Shown one piece after another: positions 40,647-48,484 of a DNA stretch of 64,000 nt. Below the pieces are notes generated by a model. The model did no database searches. It was not told the origin of the DNA and saw only the letters and a program-made list of their open reading frames with translations. The position numbers and the translations under genes are program-made. Every line of letters starts with the position of its first letter. The first letter of the stretch is position 1. Origin of the DNA: a virus (lineage: Duplodnaviria > Caudoviricetes); IMG/VR virus record IMGVR_UViG_3300020411_000980, positions 38,353-102,352 of that record. One strand, written 5' to 3'.

Positions 40647-41350
40647 TGTACGAATTGTCTTAGTTGTGTAAGGATGTGCTTGTATGCTTCAACAATGTCT
40701 CCTTCATCTTTTCGAAAGAGATCCTTGTCGAACCTTTCTCTGGTGTCTTTTTTCCAGAGTCGCATATTGTCAGGTGATAGTTCATCAGCCAGGAATAAAT
40801 CGCCGTGAGCATCGTAACCAAACTCCAATTTAAAATCAACAAGATCGATACCCATAAGGGTAAACAATGATTGCAACTGATAGTTTATATCAAGTGCATT
40901 CATTTGTAAAGGTGTGGGATCAATACCCATCAGTCTAACACGATCTATAGTGAGTAGTGGATCATTCTTACTGTCATCCTTAAGGAAGAACTCCACGATA
41001 GGTGGATTGATTAGTTGTCCTTCAGTGATACTAGTATTCTTTACGATGGAACCTGCTGCTATGTTCCTCACAATAACCTCAAGAGGAATGATTGTCAGTT
41101 TCTTACACTCCATAGTGTTAAGAGAAGGACAATTAATATAGTGTGTCTTGATGCCATTCTTCTCTAGCATTTCGAAGAGAAGTGATGATATCAAGCAGCA
41201 GATCTTACCCTTATCTTCAGGGTACTCTACGTGTTTACCATTCCAAGCAGTCACCTTATCGTGGAAGGTGATGTGTACCCTCTGAGGGTCATCAATGATG
41301 TCATAGACTGACTTAACTTTTCCTTGATTGATTAAAGCCAATTCCTTCAT
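40643..41350 (-). CDS. purC: SAICAR synthetase
   Basis: GKVKSVY, IPLEVIVRNIAAGS, LVDFKLEFG, LADELSPD, DKDLFR. Confidence 0.95.
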   Translation of the reverse strand: MKELALINQGKVKSVYDIIDDPQRVHITFHDKVTAWNGKHVEYPEDKGKICCLISSLLFEMLEKNGIKTHYINCPSLNTMECKKLTIIPLEVIVRNIAAGSIVKNTSITEGQLINPPIVEFFLKDDSKNDPLLTIDRVRLMGIDPTPLQMNALDINYQLQSLFTLMGIDLVDFKLEFGYDAHGDLFLADELSPDNMRLWKKDTRERFDKDLFRKDEGDIVEAYKHILTQLRQFVQ

Positions 41351-41868
41351 AACGAATTAATAACTTGTGGAAGTAGTTGGTGTTCACATTGTTGGACTGC
41401 TCTAGTGACAGTCTCTACAGTGTCACCAGGTAAAATAGGTACTGATTGTTGCTTGATCACTTGTCCAGAGTCTAACTCTTCAGTAACAAAGTGTACAGAA
41501 CAACCAGTCTCTGTTTCACCTGCCTTGATTGCTTGCTCTATAGCGTGCAATCCTTTGTACTTTGGTAGGAGGGAGGGGTGTAAATTAATTATTCGCCCTG
41601 GAAAAGCTTCAACAAATTTCTTGCTGACAACTCTCATCCATCCTGCCATAACAATGAGGTCAACACTATAAGCATCAAAGATCTTAATGATGTCGTCCTC
41701 ATTCTTACTAGCAATGCGAACAGATGGAATACTCAATCTGTCTGCTCTCTTTTGAGCACCGCAATGCTTTTTATTGTAAACCATCAAGACTACCTGATGG
41801 TTTGGACACGAATGTACTATGTTCTCGAAGTTTGTGCCTTCACCAGAACACATTATGCCTAGTCTCAT
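41347..41868 (-). CDS. purN: GAR formyltransferase
   Basis: SGEGTN, AGWMR, INLHPSLLP, GCSVHFV..ELDSG. Confidence 0.95.
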   Translation of the reverse strand: MRLGIMCSGEGTNFENIVHSCPNHQVVLMVYNKKHCGAQKRADRLSIPSVRIASKNEDDIIKIFDAYSVDLIVMAGWMRVVSKKFVEAFPGRIINLHPSLLPKYKGLHAIEQAIKAGETETGCSVHFVTEELDSGQVIKQQSVPILPGDTVETVTRAVQQCEHQLLPQVINSL

Positions 41869-41951
41869 TAGTTATGTGGGTTGTAAAAAATAAGAGTGTA
41901 AGCAATGGTTACAATTAGTATGATACTAATCGCCAAAATAATTAGGTGCAT
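41868..41951 (-). CDS. 27-aa single-TM microprotein
   Basis: Hand-translated MHLIILAISIILIVTIAYTLIFYNPHN; stop overlaps the purN start. Confidence 0.55.
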   Translation of the reverse strand: MHLIILAISIILIVTIAYTLIFYNPHN

Positions 41952-41952
41952 A

Positions 41953-42261
41953 CTATTGGTAGTAACTTGGTTTATATGATGAGTCTATCACAATATCCTT
42001 AGATTTGTAAGGGGGTTCTTCATCTCCAATCAAGTGACTGTAATATTTCGTATCGAAGTAGGAAGGATAGTCCATCTTACCTTCACGTTCATCAAGTACC
42101 TCATTGATAAGGATCTTCATCTCCTTAACATACGTATCTGTGAACAACCTACGAGGTGTAATCGTAGCTCTAGGAAGTGCTTCTCTTTGTTCTTCGTCAG
42201 AGCGTTTGCTTTTGTAGTTAGGATCAAGGGGGAGTGTCATCCCTTGGGTATCGATTTTCAT
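41953..42261 (-). CDS. Hypothetical protein
   Basis: KIDTQGM...EMKILINEVLDER. Confidence 0.55.
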   Translation of the reverse strand: MKIDTQGMTLPLDPNYKSKRSDEEQREALPRATITPRRLFTDTYVKEMKILINEVLDEREGKMDYPSYFDTKYYSHLIGDEEPPYKSKDIVIDSSYKPSYYQ

Positions 42262-42725
42262 AAGTTTTTTAATTTAGAATTCCAACTTGCACGTTGTGTG
42301 AAGTCGATGCCTTCCATATGATCATACTCGTGTTGAAATATACGAGCAGTCAGACCTGACATTTTAGTTTTATGTATCTTCTTATCAACGTCCTCATATT
42401 TAACTGTCACAGCATAAGGACGTTGTACTTTTACTGTCTGTCCTGGATATGATAAGCAACCCTCTTCCATTACGTGCTCAACCACAGACTCCTTAAGAAT
42501 CTTAGGATTGAATAGGACTAGAGTTGCTTGTGTCTCTATGTCTGTCATCATAACAAACGCACGTTCATTTATACCTATCTGATTAGCAGAGAGTCCCACA
42601 CCATTATGATGGAACATATTCTCTGCTAGTTCAGAGGCAAGTTCTCTGCGATCCAAATTATAACTACACTTTTTAATTGGTTTATGTAATAGAGGATCGT
42701 CTGAAGGTATTAGTTTTAAAATCAT
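42258..42725 (-). CDS. def: Peptide deformylase
   Basis: GVGLSANQIG, EGCLS, QHEYDHMEG. Confidence 0.95.
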   Translation of the reverse strand: MILKLIPSDDPLLHKPIKKCSYNLDRRELASELAENMFHHNGVGLSANQIGINERAFVMMTDIETQATLVLFNPKILKESVVEHVMEEGCLSYPGQTVKVQRPYAVTVKYEDVDKKIHKTKMSGLTARIFQHEYDHMEGIDFTQRASWNSKLKNL

Positions 42726-42946
42726 CGTCGTAGTACCCAGTCTTCAGCAAAATTCTCTGCTTCTTGACGGTGTAAAAAATGTTTAGTTACAGTACTAGCA
42801 ATACGTTCATAGTATTGCTTAGTAGTTTTAGGTGGTGGAGTATCATACTCAGCACATAATACATTATATCCTTTACCATAAAATTCATTGCACATAACGG
42901 TTGACTCTCTCAACCTATCGTCGCTATAAAAATTAGAGGTGTCCAT
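42722..42946 (-). CDS. Hypothetical protein
   Basis: 74-aa ORF ending AENFAEDWV. Confidence 0.55.
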   Translation of the reverse strand: MDTSNFYSDDRLRESTVMCNEFYGKGYNVLCAEYDTPPPKTTKQYYERIASTVTKHFLHRQEAENFAEDWVLRR

Positions 42947-42998
42947 AAAAAAGAGGGAGTAATACTCCCTTTATATATCTGATTTTCTTTAGTGTCAA
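42947..42998 (-). promoter_or_regulatory. Early promoter overlapping a terminator
   Basis: TTGACA-N17-TATAAA, then AGGGAGT/ACTCCCT hairpin + T tract. Confidence 0.6.
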
Positions 42999-43071
42999 TA
43001 GGAGTGGTGGGAGTCGAACCCACACTGTGATGATTTTAAGTCATCTGTCTCTGCCTTTGGACTACACTCCC
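42999..43071 (-). tRNA. trnL: tRNA-Leu(UAA), short variable loop
   Basis: GGGAGTG/CACTCCT acceptor; GATGA-CTTAAAA-TCATC anticodon arm; TTCGA T-loop; no encoded CCA. Confidence 0.88.
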
Positions 43072-43148
43072 TGGCGACTCAGGTAGGACTCGAACCTACA
43101 ACCAATTGCTTAGAAGGCAATTGCTCTATTCCATTGAGCTACTGAGTC
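43072..43148 (-). tRNA. trnR: tRNA-Arg(UCU)
   Basis: GACTCAG/CTGAGTC acceptor; CTTCTAA loop; encoded CCA. Confidence 0.92.
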
Positions 43149-43152
43149 AAGG

Positions 43153-43224
43153 TAGGACTACCGAGAATTGAACTCGGTTCACACCGTTATAAGCAGTGGG
43201 CATTAACCAATATGCGATAGTCCC
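43153..43224 (-). tRNA. trnI: tRNA-Ile(UAU)
   Basis: GGGACTA/TAGTCCT acceptor; CACTG-CTTATAA-CGGTG arm; GTTCAA T-loop. Confidence 0.85.
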
Positions 43225-43249
43225 TTCACCAACTCACGTAATATAGCAC

Positions 43250-43276
43250 AAAAAAAGAGACCCCAGAAGGGTCTCT
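43250..43276 (-). terminator. Intrinsic terminator after the psbA unit
   Basis: AGAGACCC/GGGTCTCT stem + T tract. Confidence 0.8.
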
Positions 43277-43299
43277 ATGATTAGGATGTCTTATGTTTT

Positions 43300-43374
43300 T
43301 TAACCTTTAGGGGTCATCCGATAAGCACCGTATATAGTTGCTGAAATTGCAGCAGCGATAGCGATGAGTTCCAT
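43300..43374 (-). CDS. 24-aa single-TM microprotein downstream of psbA
   Basis: MELIAIAAAISATIYGAYRMTPKG; ATG 2 nt after the psbA stop, before the terminator. Confidence 0.55.
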   Translation of the reverse strand: MELIAIAAAISATIYGAYRMTPKG

Positions 43375-43376
43375 TA

Positions 43377-44459
43377 CTAACCTATGCTAGGAGCAAGTAA
43401 TGCAACTTCTGATGTCTCAGCAGCAGCAAGATCAAGTGGGAAGTTGTGTGCATTTCTTTCGTGCATAACTTCCATACCTAAGTTCGCTCTGTTAAGAACG
43501 TCACCCCAAGTAGGAACTACCTTTCCATTTGCATCAATAACCGACTGGTTAAAGTTAAATCCATTCAAGTTGAATGCCATTGTACAGATACCCATAGAGG
43601 TTAACCATACACAAACAACTGGGAATGTTGCAAGGAAGAAGTGTAAACTTCTTGAGTTATTAAATGAAGCATATTGGAAGATCAAACGACCAAAGTAACC
43701 GTGTGCAGCTACGATGTTGTATGTTTCTTCTTCTTGTCCGAACTTGTATCCGTAGTTTTGTGACTCATTCTCAGTTGTTTCTCTGATTAGAGAAGAAGTA
43801 ACTAGAGAACCGTGCATAGCACTGAAGAGTGCTCCACCAAACATACCTGCAACACCTGCCATATGGAATGGGTGCATTAGGATGTTGTGTTCTGCTTGGA
43901 ATACAAACATAAAGTTGAATGTACCTGAGATACCTAGTGGCATACCATCAGAGAATGAACCCTGACCGAATGGATAGACTAGGAATACAGCAAAAGCAGC
44001 AGACACTGGTGCAGAATATGCAACACAGATCCAAGGACGCATACCTAAACGGTATGATAACTCCCACTGTCTACCCATATAGGCAGAGATTCCAATAAGG
44101 AAGTGGAAGATTACTAACTGATATGGACCTCCGTTATACAACCACTCATCTAGTGTGGCAGCTTCCCATATAGGGTAGAAGTGTAGTCCGATAGCGTTAG
44201 AGGATGGAACGACAGCACCAGAGATGATGTTGTTACCAAACATAAGTGAACCAGCAACTGGTTCACGGATCCCGTCGATATCTACGGGAGGAGCAGCGAT
44301 GAACGCCACGATAAAGCAAGTAGCAGCAGCTAACAAGCAAGGAATCATTAGAACTCCAAACCAACCAACATAAATGCGGTTGTTTGTACTTGTAACCCAC
44401 TCACAAAACTCACTCCATCCTGACAATAGACCCTGCTCTCTCTTTGAAAGAGTAGTCAT
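43377..44459 (-). CDS. psbA: Photosystem II D1 protein (no intron)
   Basis: Canonical D1 sequence; Prochlorococcus-like residues ([18 protein letters not shown]). Confidence 0.99.
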   Translation of the reverse strand: MTTLSKREQGLLSGWSEFCEWVTSTNNRIYVGWFGVLMIPCLLAAATCFIVAFIAAPPVDIDGIREPVAGSLMFGNNIISGAVVPSSNAIGLHFYPIWEAATLDEWLYNGGPYQLVIFHFLIGISAYMGRQWELSYRLGMRPWICVAYSAPVSAAFAVFLVYPFGQGSFSDGMPLGISGTFNFMFVFQAEHNILMHPFHMAGVAGMFGGALFSAMHGSLVTSSLIRETTENESQNYGYKFGQEEETYNIVAAHGYFGRLIFQYASFNNSRSLHFFLATFPVVCVWLTSMGICTMAFNLNGFNFNQSVIDANGKVVPTWGDVLNRANLGMEVMHERNAHNFPLDLAAAETSEVALLAPSIG

Positions 44460-44477
44460 TGAATTAATAGAACGTTT

Positions 44478-44568
44478 AATGTGTGCGGTATAAAAAGACT
44501 AATCCCATTCGGGAATCCTCGTGGTCTTGGTTTGAGGTAAGATGAACAGGTGAGGAAACCCTCACCCG
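44478..44568 (-). ncRNA. PhotoRC-II-like psbA leader
   Basis: ACCAAGACCACG...AGTCTTTTTATACC with stems AAGAC/GTCTT and GGTGAGG/CCTCACC directly upstream of psbA. Confidence 0.55.
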
Positions 44569-44571
44569 ATT

Positions 44572-44606
44572 TATTTATAGTAACAGAATGTTAAGCAGTT
44601 TGTCAA
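44572..44606 (-). promoter_or_regulatory. Composite early+late psbA promoter with HLR1-like repeat
   Basis: TTGACA-N18-TACTAT overlapping TATAAATA; TTAACATT-CT-GTTACTAT. Confidence 0.6.
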
Positions 44607-44863
44607 CTCTTATGGACGGTTTCTGAACCGCCACCCAACTGTTCTGATCCCTGTACAGAAAAAGGATTGTACTTATCAGTAGCAATCCTATACATCTTCT
44701 CGTGCATCGTTACTTCTTCTTCTTGATCAACACCAGGAGGTTGTATCTCCGATGGTGATGTATCTAATGGTTCGTCTCTTGCTATTGGCATAAGGTCTAA
44801 AGGGTTTATTCTGTCATCAAACCAAGCATCATATTGAATCTTGTCTGGTGCAGGATATGTCAT
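44603..44863 (-). CDS. Hypothetical protein
   Basis: 86-aa ORF. Confidence 0.55.
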   Translation of the reverse strand: MTYPAPDKIQYDAWFDDRINPLDLMPIARDEPLDTSPSEIQPPGVDQEEEVTMHEKMYRIATDKYNPFSVQGSEQLGGGSETVHKS

Positions 44864-45133
44864 CTACTTACCAGCAGGGGTCTTGGGAGGACAGTCTATA
44901 GTTACTGTGCCTGTCAATGGTTGATGTAAGTGTTCTAATACGTGATCAATCTTCGCATTTATTTCGTGTAGATGTTGATGGATCTCGTTAAGACGTGGGT
45001 CAACTGGTGGCACATATGCCAATGGATCAGTTTGATATGCAGGATCAACTGCGAAGGTCTCGCCAGTTGCTACGTCACCGATATCTATATTAATATCTTG
45101 TCCTGTAATAGGATCAGGTTGTGAGTTTGTCAT
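44864..45133 (-). CDS. Hypothetical protein
   Basis: 89-aa ORF with short coiled coil. Confidence 0.55.
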   Translation of the reverse strand: MTNSQPDPITGQDINIDIGDVATGETFAVDPAYQTDPLAYVPPVDPRLNEIHQHLHEINAKIDHVLEHLHQPLTGTVTIDCPPKTPAGK

Positions 45134-45157
45134 AGTAATAGTGAAACTTAATTTTAT

Positions 45158-45310
45158 TTAGTCGTGACGATGTGCTATACCAAGCTCGTGCATCTTAGAG
45201 TGCTCATCTATGGGATCTCTAACGTCCTTAGAACCAGGACCAAAAGTAAACCATAGACCTACACCCACCAACGTGAGTAGTATGCCAATGATAATGAAAA
45301 CAATAATCAT
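45158..45310 (-). CDS. psbN: PsbN-like protein (50 aa)
   Basis: TM helix followed by FTFGPGSKDVRDPIDEH (cf. PsbN TAFGxPSxxLRDPFEEH). Confidence 0.75.
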   Translation of the reverse strand: MIIVFIIIGILLTLVGVGLWFTFGPGSKDVRDPIDEHSKMHELGIAHRHD

Positions 45311-45657
45311 CGCTTAAGTAATGCGGGAACATCTCCGTCATCATCATCGTCATCGTCTTCATCGTACCACGGATCATTAATCTCATTGATCCGTTCCTTA
45401 AGAGACTGTTGTAAATTCGAATCTGATGTCAATACTTTTCGTTTGAAGTCCTCGTCAGGAGTAAACTGAACCACCATTAATTCTTCACCTGGTTTCACAT
45501 CCTTCATCTCTGGATGAGGTGGTCGTGTTACTTGAGTCGTGGACTCTACAAACTTTCCACTACCTAATTGCTGTGCAGCATCCCATCCCTGTGACATCAT
45601 TCTCACTGCGAGAACGAACAAGGTAAACATAAATGCTAGGAACACCCACTCAATCAT
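45307..45657 (-). CDS. DUF2973-like membrane protein
   Basis: TM helix, HPEM...GEELMVVQF, acidic tail. Confidence 0.55.
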   Translation of the reverse strand: MIEWVFLAFMFTLFVLAVRMMSQGWDAAQQLGSGKFVESTTQVTRPPHPEMKDVKPGEELMVVQFTPDEDFKRKVLTSDSNLQQSLKERINEINDPWYDEDDDDDDDGDVPALLKR

Positions 45658-45802
45658 CTTTCGGTTTTGGTTTCTTTGTAATTTTCTTTATCATTTTTGC
45701 ATAGTAAACATCCTGTTTCGTATACCAATCAGGATGCTCCTTCGCCAAGCGAATTATCTTCTTGGCTGCTTTTCTGTTTTGTTTTCGATTCGGGTCTGGC
45801 AT
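45650..45802 (-). CDS. Small basic hypothetical protein
   Basis: KAAKKII..AKEHPDWYT; start trimmed. Confidence 0.55.
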   Translation of the reverse strand: MPDPNRKQNRKAAKKIIRLAKEHPDWYTKQDVYYAKMIKKITKKPKPKDD

Positions 45803-46004
45803 TGTGGTACCACTTAATGTATAGTCGTGCGAGGTCAGACCTGAAACAAATTTCATCCTCTCTGAGTTGTTTGTATTCTCCTGAGTCGATAACCCAATCG
45901 CAAAATCTATAGTCTGCATAGTCTAATTGACCTTTGCGATCAACACAATCCTGCAAACATCGTCTACGTAGTTCAACGATTTCGTCTGTGATTTTATAGG
46001 TCAT
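45729..46004 (-). CDS. Hypothetical protein
   Basis: 91-aa ORF. Confidence 0.45.
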   Translation of the reverse strand: MTYKITDEIVELRRRCLQDCVDRKGQLDYADYRFCDWVIDSGEYKQLREDEICFRSDLARLYIKWYHNARPESKTKQKSSQEDNSLGEGAS

Positions 46005-46164
46005 TGATCATCCTCACGTTTTTGTAATAGGGTACGTAGTCTTTACCGAAATTGCAAAGATTAATATAGAAGTTTGCTTTTGTCTCAGACAGTCCACAAT
46101 ACTTCCTTAAAGTGATCCAGTGATCTGGTTTCTCCTCAAGTTGTAAACTGTAGGTACGTTTCAT
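45994..46164 (-). CDS. Small hypothetical protein (56 aa)
   Basis: Hand-translated MKRTYSLQLEEKPDHW...; ATGA coupling. Confidence 0.5.
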   Translation of the reverse strand: MKRTYSLQLEEKPDHWITLRKYCGLSETKANFYINLCNFGKDYVPYYKNVRMINDL

Positions 46165-46310
46165 TCTTCTAGAGATTTGTTTGTTATCACAATCTTATCG
46201 CCTTCGATAGTAAATTGCAACTCGTCATCGTGGTCCCACATTAATTCTTCATAAAGAGAATTAAGTCGTTCCATATCTTCCCAAAGATCATTAACGTGAT
46301 GTTCATCCAT
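46161..46310 (-). CDS. Small acidic hypothetical protein (49 aa)
   Basis: Hand-translated [25 protein letters not shown]...; coupled to the petF stop. Confidence 0.55.
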   Translation of the reverse strand: MDEHHVNDLWEDMERLNSLYEELMWDHDDELQFTIEGDKIVITNKSLEE

Positions 46311-46600
46311 TAGAAGAGATTCTCCTCCTGTTCCGTCAGAATAGTCACATCAGATGTAGGATATGCTACGCACGTTAGTACGAAACCTGCTTCCATCTGA
46401 TCCTCATCTAAGAAGGATTGATCTTCCTGATTAACTGTCCCTTCTAACACCTTACCTGCACAAGTACTACAAGCACCTGCTCTACAGGAATATGGGTGAT
46501 CGATGCCTGCTTCTTCAGCAGCATCTAGTATGTACTGGTCTGTAGCACATTCAAATGATTCAACTGAATCATCTGCCGATTTGAAAGTTACAGTTGCCAT
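46310..46600 (-). CDS. petF: Plant-type [2Fe-2S] ferredoxin
   Basis: [25 protein letters not shown]. Confidence 0.97.
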   Translation of the reverse strand: MATVTFKSADDSVESFECATDQYILDAAEEAGIDHPYSCRAGACSTCAGKVLEGTVNQEDQSFLDEDQMEAGFVLTCVAYPTSDVTILTEQEENLF

Positions 46601-46637
46601 TGATTAAAAACAATTCACTGCTATTTATTATAGCATT

Positions 46638-46663
46638 AAAAAACCTCCTCGAAAGAGGAGGTT
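46638..46663 (-). terminator. Intrinsic terminator after the hli cluster
   Basis: AACCTCCTC-TTTC-GAGGAGGTT + T tract. Confidence 0.8.
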
Positions 46664-46676
46664 ATTGTATCGTGAC

Positions 46677-46781
46677 CTAGATTAGACCCATAGAACCTGC
46701 AGTTATTCCTATGGTAACCAAGAATCCGAACTCAATGAGATCCCTATAGGGACTTAATAATATTCTGTTTTGAATTGTCAT
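46677..46781 (-). CDS. 34-aa TM microprotein
   Basis: MTIQNRILLSPYRDLIEFGFLVTIGITAGSMGLI; ATGA coupling. Confidence 0.5.
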   Translation of the reverse strand: MTIQNRILLSPYRDLIEFGFLVTIGITAGSMGLI

Positions 46782-46855
46782 TGGTAAGCGAACTGACTAA
46801 TGCTTGGTATCCAAACATAGGCAATTACAGTTAACAAAAATAGTGCTTGATACAT
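46778..46855 (-). CDS. 25-aa TM microprotein
   Basis: MYQALFLLTVIAYVWIPSISQFAYQ; GGAG SD upstream. Confidence 0.5.
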   Translation of the reverse strand: MYQALFLLTVIAYVWIPSISQFAYQ

Positions 46856-46856
46856 T

Positions 46857-47051
46857 TTATGCTCCTGATGGTACCGTTACAGGTTGCAACTGTTGTACAC
46901 GCATACCCTTTCCTCCATTTGTATCATCGTCATCATCATTACCATCAATGGCTCTGATGAATAACTCAATCAATACAAGTGCTGCCATTGGATAGAAACA
47001 CCAAAGAATAGCAACAAAGGGTGATATCTCGTTGACTGCTAGATCACCCAT
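46857..47051 (-). CDS. Small TM protein with poly-Asp
   Basis: AILWCFYPMAALVLIEL...DDDDD..GGKG. Confidence 0.6.
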   Translation of the reverse strand: MGDLAVNEISPFVAILWCFYPMAALVLIELFIRAIDGNDDDDDTNGGKGMRVQQLQPVTVPSGA

Positions 47052-47168
47052 TTAACTAGGGAAGTACTTAAACTTCGTGTACAGAGCTACTCCTACCCAG
47101 AAGATTAACATTGCTGCTCTTCCGTTTGCTCTGAAAAAGATATCTGCTTGAGTAGAATTGCTATTCAT
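47052..47168 (-). CDS. hli: Degenerate hli-like protein (38 aa)
   Basis: FRANGRAAM motif lacking the ExxN Glu. Confidence 0.55.
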   Translation of the reverse strand: MNSNSTQADIFFRANGRAAMLIFWVGVALYTKFKYFPS

Positions 47169-47275
47169 TAGAAGATACCTGGTATGATTTGACCTGTTGT
47201 TGCGTATGCTCCGAACGCTGCAACGAATCCAATCATTGCTGCCCATCCGTTAAACTTTTCTGCTTCTGGTGTCAT
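47168..47275 (-). CDS. hli: High-light-inducible protein (35 aa)
   Basis: MTPEAEKFNGWAAMIGFVAAFGAYATTGQIIPGIF; AGGAG SD. Confidence 0.93.
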   Translation of the reverse strand: MTPEAEKFNGWAAMIGFVAAFGAYATTGQIIPGIF

Positions 47276-47354
47276 TGTTTTAAACTCCTTTCGTTAGATT
47301 TAATAGGGTTAGAAAGTGACTCGCTTATGCGAGTGGTGTAAGAGACCTTGGTAC

Positions 47355-47546
47355 CTAAAAGATACCTGGTATAACTGCTCCGAATAGGATGTAGTTATGT
47401 ACGAGTGCGAAGAATCCAATCATCGCCAAGCGACCATTGAGTTTCTCTGCGTGTGGACCATATCCTTCGTAGTTTTCTACGTAAGATATTTGTGGTTCAG
47501 TCGCAAACATATTCTGTCTGCCACCTTGTTCTGTTGTTACAGTCAT
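47355..47546 (-). CDS. hli: High-light-inducible protein (63 aa)
   Basis: AEKLNGRLAMIGF...IPGIF. Confidence 0.93.
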   Translation of the reverse strand: MTVTTEQGGRQNMFATEPQISYVENYEGYGPHAEKLNGRLAMIGFFALVHNYILFGAVIPGIF

Positions 47547-47550
47547 TTTG

Positions 47551-47601
47551 TTTGTTAAGAACTGTTACATAATTATATAGTAAATCTTAACACTTTGTCA
47601 A
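47551..47601 (-). promoter_or_regulatory. hli early promoter with HLR1-like direct repeat
   Basis: TTGACA-N18-TATAAT, then GTAACAGT-TC-TTAACAAA. Confidence 0.6.
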
Positions 47602-47651
47602 ATTTGAAGACATTATGTCAGCATACCAGAGTATTTATACCTATTCTACTT

Positions 47652-48119
47652 TTAAGCCTGAAAATAATCCTTGCGGTAGTACCGACCAAGGATGTTAGAA
47701 TTATAAAAAGCAGGTTGTCCATCGGATCCTGCTTCTGTTAGTACGTTATTTATAAACAGTTGTCTTGTCTCTTCAAAGTTTACTCTTCCTTTTGTGGAAT
47801 GTAAAGATAGGATCTCCCTGCTGAAAGAGTGTCGTCCAAACTCTTTAATGTCTGCTGTAAGCTCTGGAGAACTACCGTAGTATTTTTTCCAGTCACTCTC
47901 AGACGAAACACGCCTGACCCCACCTCTAGGCTTTCTACGTTGGATGAAGTACTTTCTTCCGATGTACTTCCGACCCGTGATGAGATTTGTAATGCAGTAG
48001 ACGTAACCGAAGAAGCCGTCAATGTCAGCAGAAGTAAAAGTTGAACCCTTATAGGTCCAGGGGTTCTCGTAATCTCCTTCCAAAGTTTTTTCATTAGTAT
48101 TCTCCGTCGTTGTCATCAC
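47652..48119 (-). CDS. GIY-YIG nuclease-domain protein
   Basis: GYVYCITN...KYIGRK, YYGSS, FYN; true start may be later. Confidence 0.75.
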   Translation of the reverse strand: MMTTTENTNEKTLEGDYENPWTYKGSTFTSADIDGFFGYVYCITNLITGRKYIGRKYFIQRRKPRGGVRRVSSESDWKKYYGSSPELTADIKEFGRHSFSREILSLHSTKGRVNFEETRQLFINNVLTEAGSDGQPAFYNSNILGRYYRKDYFQA

Positions 48120-48237
48120 CGATCATAATGTTTGGTCCTTCCGTGTATTTAGACACGTCAGACCAGACCTCAGATTCCAACTCAAAGGTGATGGTTTTAA
48201 GTTGTCTGATAATCTCCTTTACTTTTTCTCTGTCCAT
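48094..48237 (-). CDS. Small hypothetical protein (47 aa)
   Basis: Hand-translated MDREKVK...LESEVWSDV...DDNDGEY. Confidence 0.6.
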   Translation of the reverse strand: MDREKVKEIIRQLKTITFELESEVWSDVSKYTEGPNIMIGDDNDGEY

Positions 48238-48386
48238 AAAGTAGGTTCTCCAATAGGTTCGATGTCGATACCATCCATCCTCCTTACCATAGTCTTTGCT
48301 AATTCATTAGCTTGATGTTTAAAGGAAGTTTCTACTACCATACCATACTCTTGCCCTTCGTGCAAGAATTTTACTTGCCATTTCAT
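48219..48386 (-). CDS. Small hypothetical protein (55 aa)
   Basis: Hand-translated MKWQVKFLHEG...; ATGA coupling. Confidence 0.5.
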   Translation of the reverse strand: MKWQVKFLHEGQEYGMVVETSFKHQANELAKTMVRRMDGIDIEPIGEPTLWTEKK

Positions 48387-48484
48387 CCGAATAAATGTAC
48401 GTTGTGTGACTTACGAGGAGGTACATACTTATACTTCTTCTTCTTGACTGCGATATAGATCTTCAGGAGGGTGTCACTCTTCAT
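48383..48484 (-). CDS. Small basic protein (33 aa)
   Basis: MKSDTLLKIYIAVKKKKYKYVPPRKSHNVHLFG; coupled to the pyrE stop. Confidence 0.5.
   Translation of the reverse strand: MKSDTLLKIYIAVKKKKYKYVPPRKSHNVHLFG

Noticed and set aside
47652-48119. GIY-YIG ORF as a mobile homing endonuclease
   Set aside because: Catalytic domain only, with no DNA-binding extension or host intron; treated as a resident gene
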